From assembly GCA_963715465.1 (NCBI GenBank), contig OY970246.1, positions 829,969 to 893,968 of the forward strand: a stretch of DNA of 64,000 nucleotides. Reading direction: 5' to 3'. The translations under genes were made by a program, and so were the position numbers. Shown piece by piece: positions 27,001 to 35,125 of this stretch (position 1 is its first letter; each line of letters opens with the position of its first letter). The DNA is from an uncultured Flavobacteriaceae bacterium. GTDB lineage: Bacteria > Bacteroidota > Bacteroidia > Flavobacteriales > Flavobacteriaceae. Under the pieces are notes generated by a model. It had not been told where the DNA came from. It saw only the letters and a list, made by a program, of their open reading frames with translations, and ran no database searches.

Positions 27001-28404
27001 GCCGACGTCTTGAGAAAAGCAATGGGTAAGAAGCAAATTGCGGTTCTCGATAAAATGAAACCGAAATTTATTGAACAAGCCAGTGCTAAAGGCCATGATG
27101 CTGCAATTTTGGAAAAAGTCTGGAAAGATTGGGAAGCTTTTGCGAGTTATGCCTTTAACAAGTCTCATTCCACCTGTTACGCTTGGATTGCCTACCAGAC
27201 TGCGTATTTAAAAGCCCATTATCCTGCGGAGTATATGGCAGCCGTTTTATCTAACAACATGAATGACATCAAGCAGGTCACCTTTTTCATGGAAGAATGT
27301 AAGCGTATGCGCTTGGATGTTTTAGGTCCAGATGTCAATGAGTCGTATTATAAGTTTTCGGTGAATCAAGATTATGCCGTTCGTTTTGGAATGGGAGCTA
27401 TCAAAGGTGTTGGCCATGGCGCCGTAATGACGATTGTAGATAACCGGAAAAAGGATGGTCACTATAAATCGATTTTTGATCTCGCAAAACGAATTGATCT
27501 TAGGGCTGCCAATAAAAAAGCGTTTGAGAACTTGGCGTTGGCAGGTGGATTTGACGGATTTGGTGATACCCATCGCGCTCAGTATTTTCAAGATGAAGGC
27601 GATGGCATTACGTTTTTAGAGAAAGCCATTAAGTATGGCGCCAAACATCAAGAGAATGAAAATTCTGCCCAAGTGAGCTTATTTGGAGCGACAAGTGATG
27701 TACAAATTGCGGAGCCTATCGTACCACCTGCTGAAGAATGGGGAACGATGGAAAAACTCGCCCAAGAAAAAGAAGTGGTGGGCGTTTACATTTCTGGGCA
27801 TCCTTTAGATGATTTTAAGGTGGAAATGAAAACCTTTTGTAATGGTAATCTGGCCATGTTTAATGAGCTTGATGCCTACGTCAATCGCGAGATCACTTTT
27901 GGAGGTGTCGTGACCGATGTGCAGCATCGGGTAAGTAAGCAAGGCAAAGGTTGGGCCATGTTTATGGTAGAGGATTATACCGATAGTTTTGAGTTTAGGA
28001 TTTTTGGAGAGGAATATCTTAAATACCGTCACTTTTTGGTAAAAAACAGCTTTGTGTACGTGAAATCTTTTGTGAGAGAAGGATGGGTGAATCGTGACAC
28101 AGGTAAAAAGAGTGACCCTAGGTTACAGTTTAATAGTTTCCAGCTGTTGCATGATGTGATGGATACCTATGCTAAAAAATTGTCCATACAGCTTAATATT
28201 GCCGATTTAGAAGCACAGCGCATAACCGTGTTGCAAGACTTGTTTAGAATACACCAAGGTGAAAAAGCACTTAGTTTTTTGATCTATGACCAAGACGATA
28301 AGATCAAGATCAATATGCCCAGTAGGAAGCAAAAAGTAAAAATCTCTCAAGAGTTGTTAGATGAATTGAGCTCAAATAATGTGAGGTTTAAGTTGAACGC
28401 TTAA
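24016..28404 (+). CDS. dnaE: DNA polymerase III alpha subunit (DnaE) with a fused N-terminal DEDDh 3'-5' exonuclease domain
   Basis: Exo I DTETTG, Exo II GQNVKFDLN and Exo III HNATADVEAT within residues 1-200. These are followed by PHP (HLHNHSQFS), palm/fingers (GPGRGSAAGS, PDIDIDF) and an OB-fold C-terminus. ATG at 24016 preferred. Confidence 0.95.
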   Translation: MYLIFDTETTGLPKRWDAPITDIDNWPRCIQIAWQLHDKMGNCIEHQDYLVKPDGFNIPYDAEKIHGISTELAQEQGEPLSEVLEKFNAALSKTKFVVGQNVKFDLNIMGAEFVREAVVNPLQELPVLDTCTEHTAQLCQIPGGRGGKFKLPTLTELHQFLFSKPFSEAHNATADVEATTRCFFELIRLGEFTKAQLDVAPDYFQNFREEHPQTIQLIGLKHINLKKESAKINKRLQALQVDDISEEDIKENISDLKDAEFVHLHNHSQFSVLQSTISITDLVAVAAEHDMPAVALTDHANMMGAFHFVKAVSNHNKGIQSKIKEADEKGETHHLKEIKPILGCEFFVCENHTDKTRKDNGYQIVLIAKNKKGYHNLAKLSSHAFVDGFYYLPRIDKKLIEHYKEDLICLTGNLYGEVPSKILNVGENQAEEALIWWKEAFGDDLYVELMRHNQEDENRVNPVLISLAQKHDVKLIATNNTYYCKQNDANAHDILLCVKDGEKQATPIGRGRGYRYGLPNQDYYFKSSEEMKALFRDLPEAIINIQEVVDKVEPFELARDVLLPAFDIPKEFEDLADLADSGKRGENAYLRHLTYEGAKKRYPDLTDEIKERLDFELSVIENTGYPGYFLIVEDFIREARNMDVSVGPGRGSAAGSVVAYCLWITNIDPLKYDLLFERFLNPDRVSMPDIDIDFDDEGRSRVMDYVINKYGKNQVAQIITYGTMAAKSSIRDTARVLDLPLFEADRIAKLIPTMSKLNKIFGLSEKELGSKFRAEDLEKVNELLNIADGEGLDAETVNLARSLEGSVRNTGIHACGVIITPDDITKFVPVALAKDSDLYVTQFDNSVVEDAGLLKMDFLGLKTLTLIKDTVKIVKAKHDILLDPDTFPLDDEKTYELFQKGETVGVFQYESPGMQKHLKDLKPTVFEDLIAMNALYRPGPMEYIPSFVRRKHGDEDIEYDLPAMEEYLKETYGITVYQEQVMLLSQKLADFTKGEADVLRKAMGKKQIAVLDKMKPKFIEQASAKGHDAAILEKVWKDWEAFASYAFNKSHSTCYAWIAYQTAYLKAHYPAEYMAAVLSNNMNDIKQVTFFMEECKRMRLDVLGPDVNESYYKFSVNQDYAVRFGMGAIKGVGHGAVMTIVDNRKKDGHYKSIFDLAKRIDLRAANKKAFENLALAGGFDGFGDTHRAQYFQDEGDGITFLEKAIKYGAKHQENENSAQVSLFGATSDVQIAEPIVPPAEEWGTMEKLAQEKEVVGVYISGHPLDDFKVEMKTFCNGNLAMFNELDAYVNREITFGGVVTDVQHRVSKQGKGWAMFMVEDYTDSFEFRIFGEEYLKYRHFLVKNSFVYVKSFVREGWVNRDTGKKSDPRLQFNSFQLLHDVMDTYAKKLSIQLNIADLEAQRITVLQDLFRIHQGEKALSFLIYDQDDKIKINMPSRKQKVKISQELLDELSSNNVRFKLNA

Positions 28405-28632
28405 AACAATGGTAAGTTAAATACTCACTAACTTAAGTCCTTAAAAATTAGTTGTGCAATCCCGTTTTGGTTGTTAGTTTGAGAGCAGTCGAGAACTTGT
28501 CATGGATTGGAAAGGATTTTTGATTTGGCTTAAATTACTACCTGTTTAGTATACAGTTGAATTTAAAAATAATTTCTGAGCTTGATTGAGAAATTGGTCA
28601 TAAACATCATGGGAATAAAGCGCTACGGTGTT

Positions 28633-28672
28633 TAATAAAAGAGCGCAGTCTTAATTGAAGACTACGCTCTTT
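28633..28672 (-). terminator. Long hairpin terminator after the 1096-aa gene, possibly bidirectional
   Basis: 14-bp stem AAGAGCGCAGTCTT/AAGACTACGCTCTT with one mismatch; T-rich on both flanks. Confidence 0.5.
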
Positions 28673-28696
28673 TAATAGATAATTTTAAAGACGTTT

Positions 28697-31600
28697 TTAT
28701 TTCACAATAATTTGATGGTGTTCTACAGAACTATCCATATAGATCTTGAGAAGATATACACCAGGTGTCAATCTAGCCACAGAGAACTGCCCTTCATTTC
28801 GATTCATTTGTATGTTTTGTTTAGGCCTGCCTACAATATCAAACAACTCTGCCGTCACATTTTTATAATTTGAAAGTTTGGAGTCGGTATCCTCTAGGGT
28901 AATATTGACAATGTCCTCTGCAGGGTTGGGATATACCTTAAATGCTGTGGTGGGATTGCCAACCCTGGCACTACCGCAACTGGTAATATTGTAACTCAGG
29001 TTTTGCCATTGCGACCAACCACAGGCCGTTCGTGTACGTACTCTAAAATTAAAGACTTGGTTGTTACTGGGGTAAATCACGACATTACGGCTAGTTGGAT
29101 CTTGTACATTTAGTATCCACTGCACACTAGACGTGAGTTTTTGCCATTGTATCTCCAAGATACCAGAATTGCTTGGACTATAATTTAATTCGAGACCAAT
29201 ATCACAATATTGCCCTCCCGATGAGAAATGCGGGATGGTATTAAGATTGATTTTGTTAACAGAGTTGACCGTTTTGGAGCCAAGATAGTATTGTCTTTCA
29301 AAAAAGGCATTACCACATGCAGCACTCGTAATGTTTACATAAATTGTAACAAAACCGCTAATACCAGGATTTCGTTTAACGATAACGACATTAGGACTCG
29401 GTGGATTATCTTCAATGTAGCCGCTTGCACCAGAAATGGCCCATTGGTAAGTGTCACCGCCAGCTGGAGCTGTCACAGTAAATTGACTGGCGCAAGTAGA
29501 TACAAGACCTGAGCCAAATGATGCCGAGTCGCATACAAATGAACAATTATCTTGAACAGGAAATGTATTGCCCGGTTGGTTAGCCTCCAACTCAGCAGCT
29601 AACCAATTACCGTTTCTTTCTTCAAATGAGATGTGCTCATTATTAAAAGTCTGATCGGGCTGGTTATCAACAAAAAAAGCATCAAAGCCAGACTCTAAAT
29701 TAGTGTCGGCTGGTATACCGCCAGAGTAGGATTTTAGATAATCATCTGGTGTTGGGTCATTGCCATTAGTTTTTGTGATGTCTAGAGCGCTTACTACAGG
29801 TACAAAGCCGTAGAAATCATTTATTACGTCCATTAAATCTGGTAATATAGGAATGTCATCAAACACAAAATCGCCATCTTCGTCAAAAAAATTTAATCTG
29901 CCACCAGAAAAAGTATCGAAAGGTAAAGCGTCTTGCGGCGCGTAATAACTGCGGTTGGTGATATCATGATAAACTGTTGGGCCTATCCATAATATCTTTT
30001 TTTCAAATCTAATTCTACCTCTATAAATTCGGTTTTCAGAGCCTTGAGTACCGTAAGAATTGAAATCAAAATTAGTTTGCCAACGGCTTCTGCCAGGTAT
30101 CGCACCTGTTAACACAAGTCCCAAATCAAAAGTCACTACGCCAATACGAGGTGCTAAAAATGCATTCATCATATCCAAAAGAAAACCAGGATTGCTTCTA
30201 GAATCAATATCTATTAATTGTGCACCGGGCTCAAAGCCATTATCTGCACCGCATTCATTACCATTACTAATGGCGATATTTCTGGATTGGGTTGGCCAGC
30301 CCTCTGCGCTTAATGTTTGCTGCCATGCCAAATTCTCGCTTCTGGTTTGGGCATGTTGCCCAAATAGCGTGCTGTACGCCGACCAATAATTTAACTGTCT
30401 TGCAGCGGTTTGATCTTGTATACTGAGCAGCTGTGAGGGCGTAACAAAAGACGGTACAGAGGTATTTGCTCCAAAGACATTTAATAGATCACTACCAATT
30501 TGTGCCAGGCCATAACCAATGGGAACTAAAACTTCACCTGTAGCCCAAATTAATGGCGAACTTACATACTCCTCTTTCATATGAGCAGAAAAATGTTGAA
30601 ATGCTAATGGTGTGTTAGCTCCCTGCATCGGGCTATCGTGAGCAATAAATAACCTCACATCATGATCTGGGGCATTTGGGTCGTTGGTTTGGGCATTTTC
30701 CATACGGGCTAGGGTATAGCGACCAATCACACCGCCCATGCTCTGGCCGAGCAATACATTAGGTTCGTTACCTACTTTTTGAGCATTGACCCATTCTATA
30801 ACTTCCTCTAAAACCTTACTATTGTCACGCATGTCTGCCATACCCCGAACCCAGTCGATGTAGATAAGATCATATTGTTGAGAATTTCCCAATAACAATG
30901 GAGATAATTCTCCAGCTTCATCTTCGGTGTTAATATCTGCAATAAAATTTTGAAGTGTGGTTTCCCCTCCAAAATCATCGGGTGCGGTAAAGTTACCGGT
31001 ATCCAAGCCTTCTGCAATAATGAGCGGTCTAGTAATAAAAGGTGAAACAGAATCTTGTCTACGTCTAATAGTCAGCCAAGCGGCACTAAAAAAGTTGCTG
31101 TCCTCGTGGATGTACACCCGTTCGTCATTTACAACAATAGCGCCTCGCGCTTGTTGCTGCTGTTGGTCTAACACGGGGTCATCTATTTTAAATTTACTGC
31201 GGCAATACAAGGTTTGGTTATTGTTTAGGGTCACCTTAAAAGTAAGGTCATGTATTTTGTTTTCAAAAAATTGAATTTGTATTGCAGTATTGAATGGTAA
31301 ATTTTTGTAGCCTTGCCCATTGCCAGCATCTATCTGGATGTTTGTAATTTGGTTGCCCAAATTGCTCAAGAATAATTCATTTGGCAATTTAAAATAAATA
31401 TCCTTACTGCGGCTATGCAGTATGGGCGGGGTAAGTGCAAAGGTCTTTTGGGTCAGGTAAGGATTCTGCCAAACACCGTTAACAAATTTATCGTAATATT
31501 TACTATTGCTTACCGTGATCCTGTTTTGATCTTGTGGGTTTGGATCAAAAATACTAGGTCCAAACGGCATTAATATGTGGCGATATGCATCTCCATCAAG

Positions 31601-31987
31601 TTTTTGATACTCGTAAAGCAGCCCCGTCAAAATATACACTCCAGTACTATCCTTGGTTGCGTTAAAACGTTCGCGCGCCCAATTATAGGCGTAACGGTCA
31701 AATAAAGGGGTATGAATGGTATCAGCACTAACCTTGGCCATAAAGAGCGTTTTGTAAATATCGCCCAAAATGTTGGCGTTGATATACGTCGTATCGGTCA
31801 ATACGCCATTATACGCTTCAACATCGGTAAATTCCATAGCATAGTCCAATAATATGCCCGATTGAACTCTGCTTTTGTCAAGATTTTGGAAAATTGGATT
31901 GATGTTGTTTTTCCATTGGTTATCGATGTGGATTTGGGTAAACGCTAATGCAGGTAACATTAGTAAGAGAACATGAAGTTTTTTCAT
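28697..31987 (-). CDS. Large secreted alpha/beta-hydrolase-like protein (GxSxG) with a T9SS C-terminal sorting domain
   Basis: Signal peptide, a nucleophile-elbow motif LLGQSMGGVIG mid-protein, and a C-terminal FKVYPNPAEDIVNI...GVYLLKIY...IIVK T9SS CTD. Confidence 0.65.
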   Translation of the reverse strand: MKKLHVLLLMLPALAFTQIHIDNQWKNNINPIFQNLDKSRVQSGILLDYAMEFTDVEAYNGVLTDTTYINANILGDIYKTLFMAKVSADTIHTPLFDRYAYNWARERFNATKDSTGVYILTGLLYEYQKLDGDAYRHILMPFGPSIFDPNPQDQNRITVSNSKYYDKFVNGVWQNPYLTQKTFALTPPILHSRSKDIYFKLPNELFLSNLGNQITNIQIDAGNGQGYKNLPFNTAIQIQFFENKIHDLTFKVTLNNNQTLYCRSKFKIDDPVLDQQQQQARGAIVVNDERVYIHEDSNFFSAAWLTIRRRQDSVSPFITRPLIIAEGLDTGNFTAPDDFGGETTLQNFIADINTEDEAGELSPLLLGNSQQYDLIYIDWVRGMADMRDNSKVLEEVIEWVNAQKVGNEPNVLLGQSMGGVIGRYTLARMENAQTNDPNAPDHDVRLFIAHDSPMQGANTPLAFQHFSAHMKEEYVSSPLIWATGEVLVPIGYGLAQIGSDLLNVFGANTSVPSFVTPSQLLSIQDQTAARQLNYWSAYSTLFGQHAQTRSENLAWQQTLSAEGWPTQSRNIAISNGNECGADNGFEPGAQLIDIDSRSNPGFLLDMMNAFLAPRIGVVTFDLGLVLTGAIPGRSRWQTNFDFNSYGTQGSENRIYRGRIRFEKKILWIGPTVYHDITNRSYYAPQDALPFDTFSGGRLNFFDEDGDFVFDDIPILPDLMDVINDFYGFVPVVSALDITKTNGNDPTPDDYLKSYSGGIPADTNLESGFDAFFVDNQPDQTFNNEHISFEERNGNWLAAELEANQPGNTFPVQDNCSFVCDSASFGSGLVSTCASQFTVTAPAGGDTYQWAISGASGYIEDNPPSPNVVIVKRNPGISGFVTIYVNITSAACGNAFFERQYYLGSKTVNSVNKINLNTIPHFSSGGQYCDIGLELNYSPSNSGILEIQWQKLTSSVQWILNVQDPTSRNVVIYPSNNQVFNFRVRTRTACGWSQWQNLSYNITSCGSARVGNPTTAFKVYPNPAEDIVNITLEDTDSKLSNYKNVTAELFDIVGRPKQNIQMNRNEGQFSVARLTPGVYLLKIYMDSSVEHHQIIVK

Positions 31988-32039
31988 AATTTTGAAATGG
32001 TTTAAGGATTAATACTTGTGTGAGTCTTTATTCTAATTT

Positions 32040-32066
32040 AAAGCCCAGTTGCCGCTGGGCTTTTTT
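32040..32066. terminator. Hairpin terminator (AGCCCAG-loop-CTGGGCT) within duplication unit 1
   Basis: GC-rich stem with a T run on the plus strand and an A run before it. It sits between two minus-strand genes, so the direction of function is uncertain. Confidence 0.45.
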
Positions 32067-32068
32067 AT

Positions 32069-32614
32069 TTACTGTGTAAAAAGACTGTCAAAGCGTCCTT
32101 CGGTTACAGTATATATTTTATCATTGATTGTATCTCGTATTTGAAAATTAAACGTGCCTGAAATAATGTTTTCTTCACTATCTATAAGAGATATGCTTAC
32201 CAAACCAGAGTTTGATGTATCCGTTGTATTATCATTTAAGAATAATGGAGGTGCGTTATCAAAAGTAACTTCGGCATAGAAACTATTTTCATCACGTGTC
32301 AATAGTTGATACGAGGCATTTGATTCAATTTCTAAGGAGTTAGTAGCTAATGAAATTAATTTAGGTGTTTTATTGTTAAAGTTTGCAGTTATATTAAAAA
32401 AATACTCTCCATCCACCAATTGGTAAAAGCAATTAAAAAAACCAGAGTTATCAACAAAAGGTTCACCATTAACGAGACAGCCAAAAGTGCCTGCACCTGT
32501 TTGCGTAGCTGGCGGCAGGCAGTCAATACCTTGGCAGTTGTCGTCGTCATCGTTACAGCCCCCTAGCCCCCAAAGGGGGAATATAAGCAGTGCTATGTAT
32601 ATCGTTTTTTTCAT
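32069..32614 (-). CDS. Small lipoprotein, paralog A (family unknown, possibly a lipocalin-like beta-sandwich)
   Basis: Lipobox GLGGCNDDDD. The N-terminal ~75 aa are nearly identical to paralog B. Shared C-terminal signature xSGTFxF...TEGRFDxxFTQ. Confidence 0.7.
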   Translation of the reverse strand: MKKTIYIALLIFPLWGLGGCNDDDDNCQGIDCLPPATQTGAGTFGCLVNGEPFVDNSGFFNCFYQLVDGEYFFNITANFNNKTPKLISLATNSLEIESNASYQLLTRDENSFYAEVTFDNAPPLFLNDNTTDTSNSGLVSISLIDSEENIISGTFNFQIRDTINDKIYTVTEGRFDSLFTQ

Positions 32615-32717
32615 GATTTGTTGATTTAGAGTTTATAGTCTATAAATTTAGGGTTTATTATTTACTTTATATTACGGTTTTTCCGTAGTTGATGTTATGA
32701 AATTGTTAAGTTGAGGT

Positions 32718-32894
32718 TTAATTTAAACTATTCGTAAACTCCATAGCATAGTCCAATAATATGCCCGATTGAACTCTGCTTTTGTCAAGATTTTGGAAAA
32801 TTGGATTGATGTTGTTTTTCCATTGGTTATCGATGTGGATTTGGGTAAATGCTAATGCTGGTAACATTAGTAAGAGAATACGAAGTTTTTTCAT
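32718..32894 (-). pseudogene. 5' remnant (58 codons) of the 1096-aa T9SS hydrolase gene, created by the duplication
   Basis: It translates to MKKLRILLLMLPALAFTQIHIDNQWKNNINPIFQNLDKSRVQSGILLDYAMEF, matching residues 1-53 of the full gene. It then diverges at the duplication junction and stops. Confidence 0.85.
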
Positions 32895-33600
32895 AATTTT
32901 GAAATGGTTTAAGGATTAATACTTGTGTGAGTCTTTATTCTAATTTAAAGCCCAGTTGCCGCTGGGCTTTATTAGTTATTGAGTAAATTGTGCATCGAAA
33001 CGTCCTTCCGTTATTTCATAAACTTTTCCATTATTTGGGTCAGTAACTGTAAATTCAAATATTGCAGAGACAATATTATTTTCAAAATCTAATAAAGTAA
33101 ATTTTATAAGCCCTAAACTTTCTTCTGTTGTAGTAGCGCCCATGCAATTAGAACAGTTGAAAGAGACTCTACCATAAAAATTACCATCTTGCTGTGATTT
33201 TAAAAATAAATTAATGTTTGTCTCTATATTTTTTTTTTCTGAACCAATTCCTATTTGGTCTATAACACTATCCTGACGGCCTCTTATACCAAAATAATAC
33301 TCTCCATCTACCAGTTGATAAAAGCAATTAAAAGAACCGCTGTTGTCCACAAAGGGTTTACCATTAACTAAACAGCCAAAAGTACCTTCACCAGTTTGCG
33401 TAGCTGGCGGCAGGCAGTCAATACCTTGGCAGTGATCGTCGTCCTCGTTACAGCCGCCTAGTCCCCAAAGGGGGAATAGAAGAAGTAATATGATATACAT
33501 TGTATTTTTCATAATCTTTTGTTTGAGTTTATAGTCTATAAATTTAGAGATTATTATGCGTTATATGTTGAGGTTTTTTTTTGCAGTTGATTTGATCATT
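32740..33600. repeat. Tandem segmental duplication, unit 2 (upstream boundary approximate)
   Basis: See unit 1. The leader AGTTTATAGTCTATAAATTTAG is shared upstream of both lipoprotein genes. Confidence 0.85.
32976..33512 (-). CDS. Small lipoprotein, paralog B
   Basis: Lipobox GLGGCNEDDD. Conserved N-terminal CQGIDCLPPATQTG...FNCFYQLVDGEY; the central part has diverged from paralog A. Confidence 0.7.
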   Translation of the reverse strand: MKNTMYIILLLLFPLWGLGGCNEDDDHCQGIDCLPPATQTGEGTFGCLVNGKPFVDNSGSFNCFYQLVDGEYYFGIRGRQDSVIDQIGIGSEKKNIETNINLFLKSQQDGNFYGRVSFNCSNCMGATTTEESLGLIKFTLLDFENNIVSAIFEFTVTDPNNGKVYEITEGRFDAQFTQ

Positions 33601-33725
33601 CTTTCGTTTCTCTAGACCAAAACCCGAATGTGTTTTATGGTTGCCGCTTTATTTAAGCCTTATTTTTTTATAACTATGTGTTATTGTCCTTTTTTTTACA
33701 AAATATACTCATTACAGAAGTCTCC

Positions 33726-33815
33726 CGCGCAAAGGATGGAGCAATTGTTGGAGCTCTCCCGATTTTTTTTCGGGAAGCGACTTGCGAGAGCCTGGTCTCG
33801 TTTCCTGCTAGCGAC
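33726..33815. repeat. GC-rich intergenic repeat element, copy B
   Basis: Homologous to the reverse complement of 13405-13497. At the equivalent position its internal hairpin is CCCGA-T8-TCGGG. Confidence 0.7.
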
Positions 33816-33945
33816 ATCTTCGTTTTTTAACGGTGATTTTTCTTGCAGGAATAAAGAGATGCGCCCAAACCATCAAATTTAACACGTCTATATGGTCATA
33901 ACCAAAACAAATACTGAGGCCGTAAGGTTTGGAGAATATTTTGAC

Positions 33946-33953
33946 TAATTTTG
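33946..33953 (+). promoter_or_regulatory. Candidate -7 box (TAATTTTG) upstream of trxA
   Basis: TAnnTTTG match, 43 nt upstream of the ATG at 33997. Confidence 0.3.
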
Positions 33954-33996
33954 TGTATTACATTAAAACGAAGTTGAATATAAACACGATATAATT

Positions 33997-34314
33997 ATGG
34001 CATTAGAAATAACAGATGCAACATTTGAAGAAACAGTATTAAAGAGTGATAAACCGGTTGTAGTTGATTTTTGGGCTGCTTGGTGTGGACCATGTAGAAT
34101 GGTTGGGCCAATCATCGATGAAATTAGTACAGAATATGATGGGAAAGCCATTGTAGGTAAGGTTGATGTTGATGCGAACCAAGAATTTGCAGCAAAATAT
34201 GGCGTGCGAAACATCCCAACGGTTTTGGTTTTTAAAGATGGTGAGGTTGTAGGTCGTCAAGTAGGTGTCGCGCCTAAAAATGCGTACACAGAAGCGATCG
34301 ATTCTTTATTATAG
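33997..34314 (+). CDS. trxA: Thioredoxin
   Basis: WAAWCGPC active site; 105 aa. Confidence 0.95.
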   Translation: MALEITDATFEETVLKSDKPVVVDFWAAWCGPCRMVGPIIDEISTEYDGKAIVGKVDVDANQEFAAKYGVRNIPTVLVFKDGEVVGRQVGVAPKNAYTEAIDSLL

Positions 34315-34340
34315 GGAGCGTATAAACTAAAACAAATCAT

Positions 34341-34375
34341 AAAAGGTTTGCCATTGTGGTGAACCTTTTTTTATT
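34341..34375 (+). terminator. Intrinsic terminator after trxA
   Basis: AAAGGTT...AACCTTT stem followed by a T run. Confidence 0.7.
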
Positions 34376-34410
34376 TTTATCTAAATATTTAAGACTAAGA
34401 CAAAATTGAT

Positions 34411-34953
34411 ATGAGCAAGCAAGCAAAAGCACAGGATATAATTGATAGTAAATTATTAGAGGAGCGCAAGGTGTTTCTATGGGGAATGGTCGATGATAAA
34501 TCGGCAAAACATGTCATTGATCGCCTGTTGTACCTAGACGCTCTAGAAACAAAGGATATTCATTTGTATATTAATAGTCCGGGAGGTTACGTGACTTCGG
34601 GGTTTTCTATGTACGATTGCATACAGTCCTTAAATAGTGACGTATCGACGATTTGTACGGGTTTGGCAGCTTCAATGGGATCTATTTTATTGTCGGTTGG
34701 TACTAAGGGCAAACGGTTTATCCAACCACATGCGCGCGTGATGATTCACCAACCTAGCGGAGGAGCAAGAGGTCAGGCGAGTGATATAGAAATTACGGCG
34801 CAGGAAATCCTTAAAACGAAAGAGTTAAGTGCTAAGATTTTGGCTGAAAATTGTGGTCAGGACTTTGATCAGGTTATGAAAGATTTTAATCGTGACCATT
34901 GGATGGGCGCAGAGGAGTCTAAGGCTTACGGCATTGTAGATGGTATTATCTAA
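34411..34953 (+). CDS. clpP: ClpP-family serine protease subunit (short, 180 aa)
   Basis: Catalytic Ser in GLAASMGS, His in MIHQP and Asp in NRDHWM. No clpX or clpA is adjacent. Confidence 0.8.
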   Translation: MSKQAKAQDIIDSKLLEERKVFLWGMVDDKSAKHVIDRLLYLDALETKDIHLYINSPGGYVTSGFSMYDCIQSLNSDVSTICTGLAASMGSILLSVGTKGKRFIQPHARVMIHQPSGGARGQASDIEITAQEILKTKELSAKILAENCGQDFDQVMKDFNRDHWMGAEESKAYGIVDGII

Positions 34954-35125
34954 TAATTTTTACTTCGGAAATTTTAAGATTTACGAAGCGCTAAATTTTT
35001 CTAAAATGCGTTAGTTGTTAAGCTAGCATCACTATTATAATGTACCTCCTCAACGTGTACTCGACTTTGTTAGAGTCTGTGGGAGCATTAAGAGCAAAAG
35101 ATTCTAGTTTTCGCAGGAAATATAT

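Larger units (their letters stand above)
31833..32739. repeat. Tandem segmental duplication, unit 1 (907-bp period)
   Basis: 31833-32068 is nearly identical to 32740-32975, with only a handful of mismatches. The lipoprotein genes and their upstream leaders are also homologous at the same 907-bp offset. Confidence 0.9.

Noticed and set aside
24049-28032. Many 60-90-aa ORFs antisense to or overlapping large genes: inside dnaE, and also 1635..1856, 2252..2518, 4501..4689, 5012..5194, 5993..6178, 8077..8274, 8536..8805, 10223..10480, 11104..11298, 11945..12251, 14023..14262, 16164..16596, 16987..17256, 18766..18984, 19732..20403, 21431..21616, 22646..22879, 23487..23795, 29228..31274, 33963..34260, 35181..35680, 44274..44531, 45953..46138, 47718..48268, 49072..49266, 50236..50480, 51560..51757, 52083..52274, 53913..54095, 54330..54627, 55653..55847, 56460..56687, 60137..61007 and 63257..63499.
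   Set aside because: They lie entirely within well-supported genes on the other strand or in another frame. They have no recognisable motifs and show odd, low-complexity composition, so they are treated as shadow ORFs.
33628-33882. 84-aa ORF in the spacer upstream of trxA.
   Set aside because: It is generated by the GC-rich repeat element (copy B), has no start context or family resemblance, and has an Arg/Ser/Phe-rich composition typical of translated repeats.
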